Positions 39,560-52,304 of a DNA stretch of 64,000 bases are shown here, piece by piece (positions within the stretch are counted from its first letter, which is position 1; the number at the start of each line of letters is the position of its first letter). Below the pieces are notes generated by a model. That model saw nothing but the letters and a program-made list of their open reading frames with translations, made no database searches and was not told the DNA's origin. The translations under genes and the position numbers were made by a program. Source of the DNA: Eledone cirrhosa. Taxonomy: Eukaryota. The DNA lies in contig OZ024740.1 in the NCBI GenBank assembly GCA_964016885.1, positions 18,290,001 through 18,354,000 on the forward strand. The letters are read 5' to 3'.

Positions 39560-42500
39560 GGGCAAGTGCCCTCTCCCAGTTTTCCACCTTTAATTTACAG
39601 ACACATACTCAGAGAAGGCCCATTCATTCGGGCCATACTTGCTTCTCTCACCCATCTTTCAACAAAATGCTGGGAAGAGAGCACTTCCCTCTCTACCCTG
39701 ATTTTCCTTTTCAAATGAAATTTGAAAAAGTTAATCAGGGCATCACCGAAGAGGTAAGTGCTCGTCTTCAGCCCTTTCAAACGTGTCCACCATACTATCT
39801 CTTTCGCCATGGCCACCAGACAGATAAAAACTGCCTGCCCTTCCAGGCTAAAGGAAGGGGCGGGGCAATCCTCACGATGGACTCAGCTGATAGCCGGATC
39901 CGTCCTACACGTGACAGCAGGTGTTCGACATAAACCCACAAGTCAGCAATGCTCGGACACTGGACGAGTGCGTGCAGGATGGTTTCGTCGCCCTGTGCGC
40001 ATCTCGGACATGCCCGGCTGACGGCACCTCCATGCCTGTAAAGTTTATCCCGAACTGGCAAAGCACCCCGGTAGCACTGCCAGGCCAGGGATTTCTGGAA
40101 GTTGTCCATAGGCCCCGGCCCGAAAGTCCTTCCGAAGAGATTGGCTAGTTGATTTTCGTCGACGCCTAGAGTTTCTCCAAGTACGTCGTCGCTCTTCCCC
40201 TCCACTAATCCCCTATAGAACGCCAAGGTGGAGTTTCCACCGATCACATTGCCCGATTGGTCGAGGGCTGTGAGCGCCTGAAGACATTCCAGTCTCCAAG
40301 CGCTCCCTCTCGGTCTTCGCTTGACCCAGGACTGCAGCTCCGTCAAGGAGACGAGCTGGGGAAAAACGCGGCTAGCAAACGGCGACCACACCTGATCACC
40401 GTCGAGGAAGAGGTGGAGATGTCGTAGCCTGAGCGCGTGTCTGCGCATCCTCAGCCACGGCATGCCCTGCCCTCCACGTAGCGGGTGTTGACAGCAGATG
40501 GACCGCCTGACCATCGGAGCGCGTCCCTTCCACAAGAAGCGAAAGAGCAAACGCTCCAGCGCAGTCAGGCGGGGCTTAGGACAAAGTACGACGGTCAGGC
40601 GGTAGTAGATGACGGACGCGATGTACGCGTTAGCCACCTCCGCTCGACCTTTCAGGGATAGCTTCCTCTCGGCCCATTTCTGGGTGAGAGAAGCCACCCT
40701 GCTCGTCACCTCGTCCCAGTTTTTGTCCGTCTGGAGGTCTGGACCGAACCAGACCCCTAGCAATTTAACCGGTCCGTCCGTCCAGCGCCCGACGACGCTG
40801 TTGGACGGCATGGACCTGCCTCTCCAGGTGCCGAGCTGCAGGCCCACTGACTTTTCCTGGTTGATCATTGCTCCTGTCACCGCTTCGTATTCTCTTAGTG
40901 TAGTGCCGATCGCCTCGATGTGTTTGGCGTTCGACACCACTACGGTGACATCGTCGGCATATGCTGACACGGATCTTCCGCATCCTAGTTCGCGCGGGAC
41001 CCCACTCAACGTCTCCAGTTTGTGCAGTAATGGCTCGAGAGTCAATACGTACAATAGGGACGAGAGGGGACATCCTTGGCGGACCGAGCGCATGATGTTG
41101 AACGGTTCCGAAAGGTGACCGTTCACTCTCACTACAGAGCAGATGTCGCTGTGCATGGCAGCGATCCAGCCTCTGAAGACGGGCCCAAAGCCAGCCGCCC
41201 TCAGGACTGCCGCTAGGTAACGATGGTCGACCCTATCGAAGGCTTTCGACTGATCTAAATTGATCAAAGTCCCACCCGTGCCAGGTTCCCTAGCTACCCT
41301 CTCTACGATGTATCGCATGAGGTGGAGGTTGTCGTGGATGGATCTGTCGGGAATGGTGCATGTCTGTGCCTCTCCCACCAGACCACCAACGACAAGCGCC
41401 AACCTCTTTGCTAGCACCTTGGCCAAAATCTTGAACTCTGTGTTTAGCAGAGTTATGGGCCTAAAATTATCTATGTTATCCCCCTTGTTTGGATCCTTTC
41501 TCAGCAGCGCCACCGCTCCTCGGCTCACACAGCTGGGAATTCTCCCGTTCTGTTGCCAGTTGCAGTAGACGTCCGCCAAGAGGCCTCCGAACAAGTTTGG
41601 CATTTGTACGTAAAGTTCATAGGGCAGACCATCCAAACCAGGCGATTTACCCCTTGTGCAACTAGTCATTGCATCCCGTACTTCAGCGGTTGTTATCGGC
41701 TTTTCGCAACACTCCGCCTCAGTGGCCGAAAGCCGCGGCAGTCTGTCGAGGTAGACACTAAAGTCCATCCCTCGATCCGGCCCGCCACTGCCCCCGAACA
41801 GTTGAGCGAAGTGTCGCTGAAAAGCTTCACACATTTGCCCGGGATCGAGTAGCATGCGCCCGTCGTGGTCCACCAAAGACCGGATCGTGGCTTTGTTGCC
41901 ACGACGCGCCTCCGCCACTCGGGCCCATTGAACGGCTTTCGTCCCCTCGTGTCTGAGAGCACGAACCCTAGCTCTGACAACTCAGCCTTCGTGCTTTGCA
42001 TTGAAGAATTGGTCAAGGGCCAATTTCGCCGCAAGTACGTCGGTCGCGATGCCTTTGCTAAGCGCCTCATCTAATTTTCTAACTAATTCTCCCTCTGCTC
42101 TATTTTTCTCTATTGCTAAAGTCTTACTAAACCTAATGGACTCTATTCTAATTGCTCTTTTCAGAGCAAACCACCACCTGTTGTTGACGATGGCCCCGTC
42201 AACGCCCGCTTAATTAGTTCGCTAATCCGGTCTCTGTAGGCCTTGCGCGCTGGTAAGGACGCGTTTAGCTTCCAGTAGCCGCGTCCTCGTCTATGAAGCC
42301 TATCTAAGTCAAGCACACAGATCACGAATTTGTGGTCCGTGTAGCTGACTATCTTGAATTGTGGACAGCCTATGCTAGACCTATCTATTTCCCTACAAAA
42401 TACTTTATCTAGATATGATCTGGATGACCCTATGCGATTTGTCCAAGTCCACATTGGTACATTCGGGAAATCCATTCGGTACCTGTCAGACAGTTCAAAA

Positions 42501-43012
42501 CGCCCGAGCAGGTTGGTGAGACTCTTGCACCCTCCTTCCCTATCCACTAATCCCACACAATCCCAGCGTGCATCTAAGATCCCGTTCCAGTCGCCCACTA
42601 ACACTAAAGAGCGGGACGTTCCAAGAAAGGTCTCCAAACGCCGGAAGAAATCAGGCCGCCCTGCTCCTATCGGGGCATAGACGGCCACTAACCTGAAAGC
42701 TTGCCCCTCTCCGCTGGTCACGTCCAGCACCACCAACTTACCTTCTGGGTCCAGGAAGATGGCCCGTATGGCAAGACCCAAACCTCTCCGAAAAAGCACA
42801 GCAACTCCTCCCCCCGATCCCGGACGGGTGGGAGATGCGTACACATCGTAGCCGCCGAAGATCGGTGCAAAGGCCCGTGCTTCGGAGATTCTGGTCTCGC
42901 TGATGGCCACTACATCTATGTTTAGTGACCTGAGGTCGTTGAGCAGGTGGCCCTGCTTCCATGACGAGTCCAAGCCACGCGCATTTATGCTGCCTATTCT
43001 GAGTGAGGTCAT
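39560..43012 (-). pseudogene. Tx1-like ORF2 (APE endonuclease, RT, zinc finger) with several frameshifts
   Basis: SINARGL, ISET, GDWN, LD and TDH APE motifs; KSPGLDG, QGCPLS and AYADD RT motifs; CPRC...H...C; frame changes near 42190, 41950 and 39840. Confidence 0.9.
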
Positions 43013-43046
43013 GTTGAAAAGGAGTGGAAAAGATGGGAAAGACCAC

Positions 43047-44919
43047 TTACCTTACTTCTCGAAGGGGAAGGACGGTTTTTCCATCCTTTTCACTGCTTGT
43101 GGCCTCCTCAGGAAGGATGTCCTTATAAATCCTCCTGGAGAGTGCTTGTCGGAAGTCTCCGATGTCTTTGGGGAATTTTTGTTTTAGTGTCATGTACGTT
43201 TTCTGTGTGATGCGAGTGATTTGTATGTGTGGAGGTGGTGTGAATTTTGGGGTTGTTGTGTAGTCTTTTTCTGTGATGCTGGTGTTGTGTTGGATGTAGT
43301 GTAATAATTGCTTGTTGTTCACATTTAATGCTGTGTAGTGTGTATCGTTTTGGTTGTTTTGTTTTGTTTGCGTTTGTTGTGGGTTTGTTTCTGTTTCGCA
43401 TTTTGGTGACTTTTGTGGTGTAGGTGATGGTGGTGTTGGGGTTAATGATGGTGATGGTGTTGGTGTTTGGGTTGATGGGGTTGGTGATGCTGGTGTGGAT
43501 GGTGGTATATCTGTCCTAACTTTTTTGTTTCTTAATTTATTTGTTTCCCTCTGTATTTTGTTTTTGGAGGGGGAAGGAAGAGAATTTTTTCTTTTTTGGT
43601 TTCTTTTTTTTTTTCCGGATATCGTTTCCCACTCCTCGTCGTCACAATCTGTCTCCAGTTGTGATAGGCCGGGGAGTGGAAAATCCTCCACAGGCGTTAG
43701 TTTTGGTTGTGGCGTGGTGGATGGTGTAGGCACTGGTGCTAGTTCTGAAGCGTTGGGTGGTGGTGGTGTTGGTTTTGCTGGTGGTGGTGGTGGTGTTGGT
43801 TTTGCTACTGTTGCTGGGGTTGTTGCTGTTACAGTTGCTTCTGTTGTTGCTGCTACAGTTGTTGCTGCCATCTCTGCTACTGGTGGTGTTGATGGTTGTG
43901 TCACTGGGGTGGGTAGGAGAGGTGGCCTCAACCTTTTAGCCTGAGGGCAGAAAGCGCTTAGGTGGGTTCCTTCACCACAAACGACACACCTAGATCTTCT
44001 GCCCTCGACAATTACCGTGAGGTGGCTGTCGTCAGTGAGGTCTATTACCTCTGGGATCTCCTCAATGCTTTTTTGGTCCGCTTGGATCAGGAGCTCCATC
44101 CCAGATCCGGACCAGTTCTCCTGCTTTTCTTTTGCTATTGCTATTATTTTTGTGTTGGCTTCGATGCCGGCGAGGACGGCCGCTATTAGCCAGGGAATTT
44201 CGATGGCCGGTGGAACGTGGGTCACCCTGATCTTTACGAGTCTCTGGCCACAATAGCTTGGGACGAGTGTGAAGTCGTCATTTCTTAATGGGGCCATGGT
44301 GTGTTCTCTAGCCTCCTCTGTTGTTTCAAAGAACACGTCCACGGTTCCATACTTTTGCCCACGTCTGATGTGGGTTTTTCTTGCCCACACATGTCCCAAA
44401 GCTTTTTGGATTTGGGACTCAGATGCCCGTTCCACTCGGCGCGATTTTACATTTATTGTTCTATACGACACGGTGCATAGGCGCCGATGCTCCATTTTAT
44501 TAGGTGGTGGTGGGGGGGGGGGGGGTGAGGCTGACCCTGTACCCATCTTTCTTTACCATTTGTTTGGCATTTTCTAAATCCTCCTGAGTTACCGTAAATG
44601 CTTCGAACTGTTTTGCTACTCTGGCGAAACTGAGGGTCGGTTTTATAATGTCATTGTTGTTGTTGTTGCTATCGTTATTTGTGTTAATATTAATTTTAGT
44701 TTCAGTTGTGGTGGTGGTGACGTCAGTCGTCTTTGGTGGGGAAGAGTCCATTTTGCTTGATTTCATTTCGACATCACGAGTTAATTTATTTTTTTCTTCT
44801 TTTGTTTCTGTTGTCGCGGTGGTGGTGGGGGTGGTGGTTGTCGCGGTGGTGGTAGTGGTGGAGGCTTTAACACCTGCAGTCATTGGTAATGGCGGGAAAT
44901 GAATGTCTGCCTGAGACAA
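43047..44919 (-). pseudogene. Tx1-like ORF1 (gag-like zinc knuckle), split by a frameshift at a G/C homopolymer
   Basis: ORFs 44500-44919 and 43047-44546 overlap at the poly-G run ~44512-44525; CVVCGEGTHLSAFC knuckle. Confidence 0.75.
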
Positions 44920-45260
44920 ATTTAAAATATTGCTACTGCTTATATTTTTTTTGTGTTGGCAAATGTAGTAACATTTACAATGGTGGTGTCGGTGTGAGGT
45001 GTTAATTTGTGAGGAAGGCTTTCAGCTGCTTGGTGCAGAGGTAAATTAGCCATTTTTTTTCAAAGAAATTTTTGATAATAATAAAAGTTTAAATTTTGGG
45101 CACAAGGCCCCAATCTTTTTGGGTGTCCTTTTCGGAAAACAATGTATGTGCGCTTATAAACAGTTAACAATAAAATTTTCCATAAATGACAATTTTTAAC
45201 AAACGGAAATAACAAACCTTTGCGGAGCTCACGATGATACGATTTACTACGTAGGTCGCC

Positions 45261-45325
<65 letters not shown>

Positions 45326-45327
<2 letters not shown>

Positions 45328-48300
45328 CTTATTCATTTTTGGGTTTTTTTCTGCCTGTGTGTTTGTTTGTTTAGTTGTGTTCGTCTACAGCGTGGTGATA
45401 ATGCCACACAAGAGCCAAGTGGAGCGGCGCAACCACCGGAGACGGTGAATCCACAGATGGTTATGTAACCATACATTCGCCAATCCTCGATAAGAGTGTT
45501 TAAATATCGAACCTAAACAGTTCGAATAACGGTGAAATGGAGACTAGAACGTCATGTGACAGACTCTCACCCAACAGGTGCTCCCTGGCTCAGCAGCAGG
45601 AACCTGGCTGTCAACCAAATACTTCTGGTGTCGGAGGAAGAAGAAGAAGGAAAGGGACCAGAACCAACTGGACGAAAGAATTGAATAGAACTGTTATGCA
45701 ATGTTACCTGAAAAGTAACCCCAAGGAGAGGGGCTATAGGAGACGGATGCATAACATCTGGAACGAGATTGGTCTATTTAAATTAGATGAACAAAAATTG
45801 GCCGGGCAGGCTCGGGTAATAAGAACTAATGGGTGGATAAGCGAGCTGGAACTGGAGGAACTGAGCAGAGAGATTAGCTTGGAGATGGAGGGTGGAGTAT
45901 GCCAGGCAAACGAGCCAGTGGGAAATGAAGGTGAAGAGGTCGAGAGAACGGATGAACCACCCGAAGCAGACAATGATCTGAATACTGAGATAAATAATAC
46001 CTGGAACAGGTACGGCCACTGAGGAGATGAATGCTGACGGGCTAGGACAAGATTCGGTTGACATCCTAAATTTAGTGGTAGATGAATTGAACAATGATAG
46101 TGGGAGACCTATGAACCTAAGATTTGTAGACAGGAAAAAGTTAAAAGAAACAACAGCTAAGGTAAACAAAGTCATCCCATACCTTGAGGCGAGGAGCCTT
46201 CACCAGTGCAACAATATCCTCAAAGCAACAGCAAATACGGTGAGGAAACTACTTGGTATAAAAGCGAGAGGAAACAACAGACAAGAAAGAGCAGAGCCTT
46301 GGTGGAAGAAACGACTGAGTGGTCAAATCAGGGAAATGAGAAATGACATTGGAAAGCTTGAGTCACTACTGAATGGGACACTAAAAAACATAGGCACTAA
46401 AAATAGACTGGAAATAAAGTACAAAACTAGGAGTAAAAAGCTAAATATTATCATAGAGGAACTGAAGCAACGCATTGTAGCAAAGAGTGCAAAAATCAGG
46501 CGATACGAGAACAGAGTCAGTCAGTATAAACAGAACCGCATGTTCGACAACAACCAGAAGATGCTGTTTGGACAGCTTGAGGGGAAAGAAAGAGGCAACG
46601 ACTTGATCCCTGAGGCGGAACAAACTAAAACATTCTGGAGAGGAATATGGGAGCAGGATGTTAGACATAATGACCAGGCAGGGTGGATTGAGACAGTACA
46701 GAGGGAGATCGGTGAGCAGGCACACCAACAAACTGATTTGAGTATCACAGTTGAAACTCTTAAGGGGCAGGCCAAAAAACTAACCAACTGGAAATCACCA
46801 GGCCCAGATGGTGTGCAGGGGTATTGGATTAAAAATTTAACATCCCTCCACCCGAAATGACAACCATGTTCAATGACTGCTTGATGTCAGGTGAGGTACC
46901 AGAGTGGTTGACAAATGATACCACAGTTCTGATAATGAAATACCGAATCAAGGGTAATGATGTTACCAACTATAGACCTATCACATGTCTGTCTGTAATG
47001 TGGAAACTGTTGACGAGCATTGTGTCTGAGGAAATCTACCATCACCTCCACACAAACAACTTGTTACCGGACGAACAGAAAGGATGCCGAAAGAAGTCAC
47101 GTGGTACAAAGGACCAGTTACTTATTGATAAGATGGTAATGGGGAATTGCAGGAGGAGACACACTGATCTTGCCATGGGATGGATAGACTACAGAAAGGC
47201 ATTTGACATGGTGCCTCATTCTTGGATCACCAAAAGCCTGAAGATCTTCAAGGTGGCAGATAACATCAGACAGTTGCTGGGCAGGAGTATGAGGTCCTGG
47301 GAAACAGAGTTGACATCAACTGGAGAATCCTTGGGAAGCGTGAAGATCAAGAGAGGTATCTTCCAGGGAGATAGCCTGTCCCCTCTGTTGTTTGTCCTTG
47401 CTCTGATGCCCCTGACCATTATGCTGCGAAAAGTGAGAGCAGGATACAAGTTGGGAAAGGGAGAGCTTACCATCAATCACCTCCTCTTCATGGACGATCT
47501 TAAGCTCTTCGGGAAGAGGGAGAAGGAGTTGGATGTGCTTGTTGACACTGTCCGTATTTTCAGCAGTGATATATGTATGCAGTTTGGTATTAGTAAGTGT
47601 GGAGTCATTGTGATGAGGAGGGGTAGGTTGAGCAGAAGTAACGGAATCCAGATACCAACAGGTGAGATGATAAAGGAAATTGACTCTGAGGAAGGAGACA
47701 AGTATTTGGGCGTTCTGGAGGCTGATGGCATAAAGAACAAAAAAAGGAAGGAATTGTTAAGAACTGAATACATTCGGAGAGTAAGGAGCGTATTGAAGTC
47801 ACATCTGAACAGCAGAAATGCCATAAGCGCAGTAAATTCCCGAGCTGTGTCTATTATTAGGTACAGTGCGGGAATTCTGAGATGGAATGCTGCTGAACAA
47901 AAAGAAATGGATAGGAAGACTAGGAAGCTATTGACTATCTACAACATGTTCCACAAGAGGAGTGATGTCGATTGACTCTACCTAAGGAGATCTGAGGGTG
48001 GAAGAGGTCTTATCAGCATAGAGGACTGTGTTCAGATGGAGAAAAACAACTTACACAAATACGTGACTGATAGTAAGGAGCCAATGCTCAGAACTGTACT
48101 GAAGGAGGGGACAATAGGCCAGGGGATGTCCAAGGAGGAAATAAGATCAAGGAGAAAGAGCAGCCTTCAGGGAAAATCCCTTCATAGTACCTTCTTTGAG
48201 AAAACTGAATTTAGAGATCCACAGACATGGAACTGGTTGAGAAGAGGAGACCTCAAAAAGGCTACAGAAGGAATGTTAATGGCTGCGCAGGAGCAGGCCC

Positions 48301-48998
48301 CCAAAATGAAGTGGTTGAAACACCATATTTACAAGGAGGAGGCTAGCCCACTGTGCAGGATCTGTGGAGAGAGAGAGAAGACTGTGGCTCACATTGTATC
48401 CGAGTGTAAACACCTAGCCCAGACCCACTATAAGGGCTGGAGACATGATGTGATGGGCAGGGTGATCCACTGGCACCTGTGCAAAGTAAACAATTTACCA
48501 CATTCTGAGAAATGGTATGAGCATAAGCCAGAGGCGGTGATGGAGAACGATCAGGTGAAGGTGCTGTGGGATTTTAGGATACAGACGGACAAGAAACTGG
48601 AACACAATAGACCTGACCTGGTGGTTTTGGACAAGGAAAAAAGATCGTGCCTGGTTGTGGATTGGCCTGCCCATTCGACACGAGAGTGAAAGAGAAGGAG
48701 AGGGAGAAAATTAACCGATACCAGGACTTAAAGTGGGAGGTAAAAAGGATTTGGAACTGCCATGAAGTCAAAGTGGTCCCGATTGTCATAGGCGCACTAG
48801 GTACTATCTCAAAAAGTTTCCAGGGATGGTTAAAGAAAATTGGCCACTTCACGCTTTTTGGAACGCTTCAAAAGGCATGCTTGCTGGGAACAGCAAGAAC
48901 CCTCCGATACGTCCTGAATATCTGAGGCTGCAGGTAGTGGCTTGATATTCATTCCAACGGACTTTCCAGTTAACTAACATCAATGACTGAGATTCAAG

Positions 48999-48999
<1 letters not shown>
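45326..48999 (+). mobile_element. Full-length R4/Dong-like RLE LINE, copy 2 (single ORF 45537-48925 with stops and frameshifts)
   Basis: N-terminal WTKELN...GYRRRM...W segment, [29 protein letters not shown] knuckle and RLE; bounded by (TAA)n. Confidence 0.93.
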
Positions 49000-49028
<29 letters not shown>

Positions 49029-49051
<23 letters not shown>

Positions 49052-50100
49052 TTCCACAAGAGGAGTGATGTCGATAGACTCTACCTAAGGAGATCTGAGG
49101 GTGGAAGAGGTCTTATCAGCATAGAGGACTGTGTTCAGATGGAGAAAAACAACCTATACAAATACGTGACCTATAGTAAGGAGCCAATGCTCAGAACTGT
49201 ACTGAAGGAGGGGACAGTAGGCCAGGGGATGTCCAAGGAGGAAATAACATCAAGGAGGAAGAGCAGCCTTAAGGGAAAATCCCTTCATAGTACCTTCTTT
49301 GAGAAAACTGAATTTAGAGATCCACAGACATGGAACTGGTTGAGAAGAGGAGACCTCAAAAAGGCTACAGAAGGAATGCTAATGGCCGCGCAGGAGCAGG
49401 CCCTCAAAACGAAGTGGTTGAAGCACCATATCTACAAGGAGGAGGCTAGCCCACTGTGCAGGATCTGTGGAGAGAGAGAGGAGACTACTGGCTCACATTG
49501 TGTCCGAGTGTAAACACCTAGCCCAGACCCACTATAAGGGCTGGAGACACGATGTGATGGGCAGGGTGATCCACTGGCACCTGTGCAAAGTAAACAATCT
49601 ACCACATTCTGAGAAATGGTATGAGCATAGGCCAGAGGCGGTGATGGAGAACAATCAGGTGAAGGTGCTGTGGAATTTTAGGATACAGACGGACAAAAAA
49701 CACAATAGACCTGACCTGGTGGTTGTGGACAAAGAAAAAAGATCGTGCCTGATTGTGGATGTGGCCTGCCCGTTCGACACGAGAGTGCAAGAGAAGGAGA
49801 GGGAGAAAATTAACCGATACCAGGACCTAAAGTGGGAGGTGAAAAGGATTTGGAACTGCCATGAAGTCAAAGTGATCCCGATTGTCATAGGCGCACTGGG
49901 GACTATCTCCAAAAGTTTCCAGGGATGGTTAAAGAAAATCGGCCCCTTCACGCTTTTTGGAACGCTTCAAAAGGCATGCTTGCTTGGAACAGCAAGAATC
50001 CTCCGATACGTCCTGAATATCTGAGGCTGCAGGTAGTGGCTTGATATTCAATCCAACGGACTTTCCAGTTAACCAACATCAATGACTGAGATTCAAGGAA
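49029..50100 (+). mobile_element. 5'-truncated R4/Dong-like LINE, copy 3
   Basis: Highly similar to the 3' kb of copies 1 and 2; (TAA)n on both sides. Confidence 0.93.
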
Positions 50101-50140
50101 TAACAATGACAATAATAATAATAATAATAATAATAATGAT

Positions 50141-50197
<57 letters not shown>

Positions 50198-50200
<3 letters not shown>

Positions 50201-50573
50201 ATAATAATAAATTTGAAGACTAAAATCCAAAGAGGGCTCGATAAGGATAAATATATATCAAATATATAAGAACCGTAGAGCAAATATTTATTAAAATAAC
50301 AGATTAAGTTTAAGCAAGGAATCGCTGCTTTCACCCTTAACGGGATCTTCTGAAACTAATAAAGTAAATCTGTGAACGCAGAAGTGAATATTTCAAAAAA
50401 CGTTGCAACCGGATGAAGACAGGAAGACGATACTTTGGTTCGTGGAAACGTTCCCTGGCAAAGAACGAAAAAAAAACCCGAAGATAATACGTCATTATTT
50501 GGAGCGAGGAAAACAATTACAGGCAAAGACAAAACCATGTTTATGGTATAAAAAGTCGTAGACTAATATTCTA
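50198..50573 (-). mobile_element. PLE pseudo-LTR segment with a variant HHR-like motif
   Basis: Homologous to 54460-54780 downstream of the PLE ORF and to 12608-12811; abuts (TA)n. Confidence 0.7.
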
Positions 50574-51667
50574 CCAGATAGAAAAATGCGTACAGCAAAA
50601 AAAAGTAATATTGTTGGAATATAAACCTTTAAAAATACAGGACAAGAAACTAAAATAAAACTTTAAAAGAATAGGACAAGAAACTAAGATAAAACTTTAA
50701 AAGAATAGGACAAGAAACTAAGATAAAACTTTAAAGAATTGGACAAGAAATAAAAAATTTTACAATAATATTAGTGGCAAAATTTCTTTGGGTAAAAAAT
50801 CGAGTTCCACATTCATAGGCTCTGGGTTCCACATTCAGAGGTCGTCGTCAGACCGGGGGGATCATTTGATCCTGGTTTGAACACCAATTGGGCCATAACC
50901 ATACCCCTATTTCATCATTCGGCCACACGCCTCATGTGTCATGCATAATGTGAATGGACCCATGGGCCCATGAGCACAGATCTTGAGCAGCAGCGGACGG
51001 TCTTGTCGTCCCGCTCATCCTTGATCTTGACCAACCCGTCCATCTTCTCCTTGCATCTTGTCCTTGAGTTCAAGTCCGGCAGTCCAGATGAATGCGTGCC
51101 ACAGCTTTCTGGTACAGGAAGGGGGAGCAGGAGGACTGGAGGGATGACGGGACAGAGGGAGGGAGGACCGGTGGTTGAGGGAGGTGCCGTAGTCGGTGGT
51201 CAGAGTCGACATCTTGTCCCGGTCGTCTTCTCCATTTTTGTCTGGTGTTGCGGGACCAGAAGTGCATTCTTGGAGGAGACCTGCAGCTGCATCGGCCAAT
51301 TCTTCTTGCAATGGTCATTCTGACGGAGCAGGACTGCTCAGCCAACCAACCCCAACCAGAACCAACCGCTCAGGGGCAACGCACAATGAGAGCATGACAA
51401 TTATTATGCACTAATCAAGAAGATACTGGGGCATAGCAAAGGAAACGAATAAAAAAAATTTGCCACTAATATTATTGTAAAATTTTTTATTTCTTGTCCA
51501 ATTCTTTAAAGTTTTATCTTAGTTTCTTGTCCTATTCTTTTAAAGTTTTATCTTAGTTTCTTGTCCTATTCTTTTAAAGTTTTATTTTAGTTTCTTGTCC
51601 TGTATTTTTAAAGGTTTATATTCCAACAATATTACTTTTTTTTGCTGTAAGCATTTTTCTATCTGGT
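50574..51667. repeat. ~210-bp long inverted repeat with internal ~30-bp subrepeats, enclosing a 670-bp GC-richer spacer
   Basis: 50574-50785 is the near-perfect reverse complement of 51456-51667; AGGACAAGAAACTAAGATAAAACTTTAAA-like subrepeats. Confidence 0.9.
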
Positions 51668-51944
51668 CTACTATTTTTTAAGGCAATGCAAGCAACAACT
51701 ATCTAATAATTAAATGATCATAGTGAATTACTGACAAGTGATTGATTGACATTTTAAAGTTCTTTTGAGTATAATTGCAATCTAGTTGAGGCAACTGGCT
51801 TAATGACAAAGCTAGTAAATCATGAATGCATTTGAGATGATTAGTGCATAATAGTGAATTGGTGAAACTTGTGCATTTCAATGGTGTTACAACAATAGAT
51901 GTAAGTTATATAGTAGTAATACTTTATCATTTTAACTTTTTAGA

Positions 51945-52304
51945 ATGGACAAAAACCCATGCAAAGAAATGACTTTGACTGCAGTGATTCTCTCAAATTT
52001 ACTTACAAAGCAAAACGTGGTCAAATACCTTATCATCTCTGATAAAATGCCCATTGAATCACTGAAAATCGGATGCATGGAATTCCTCATAAAATGCACC
52101 TATGAATCGGAAGCCATCACATATATCAATGGATATAGGGAGTTGTTCACACTGGAAGACCATCACTTCATTTGTGACTTCATCAGTTATCTCCACGATT
52201 ATCTCAGACACCCAATGCCATTGATGAGAGGTGATCCAATGTGTGAGCATGTAACTAATCTTATAGAAGTTGTTATCGACCACCTGGCTTTTAGTGACAT
52301 TTGA
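51945..52304 (+). CDS. Small ORF (119 aa) with a BACK/3-box-like helical segment
   Basis: NLLTKQNVVKYLIISDKMPIESLKIGCMEFL resembles the post-BTB BACK consensus (L..eNv..lL.lAd......Lk..c..fi); preceded by a candidate 43-nt GTAAGT...TTTAG intron (51901-51943). Confidence 0.4.
   Translation: MDKNPCKEMTLTAVILSNLLTKQNVVKYLIISDKMPIESLKIGCMEFLIKCTYESEAITYINGYRELFTLEDHHFICDFISYLHDYLRHPMPLMRGDPMCEHVTNLIEVVIDHLAFSDI

Larger units (their letters stand above)
39351..45260 (-). mobile_element. Near full-length Tx1/L1-clade LINE inserted in (TAA)n
   Basis: ORF1 with a CxxCxxxxHxxxxC knuckle; ORF2 with APE, RT and a Cys-rich C-terminus; AATAAA and ATT tail at the 3' end; (TAA)n on both sides. Confidence 0.92.

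Noticed and set aside
50970-51414. Protein-coding gene in the inverted-repeat spacer
   Set aside because: Several short overlapping ORFs, none with a recognisable motif; left uncalled.
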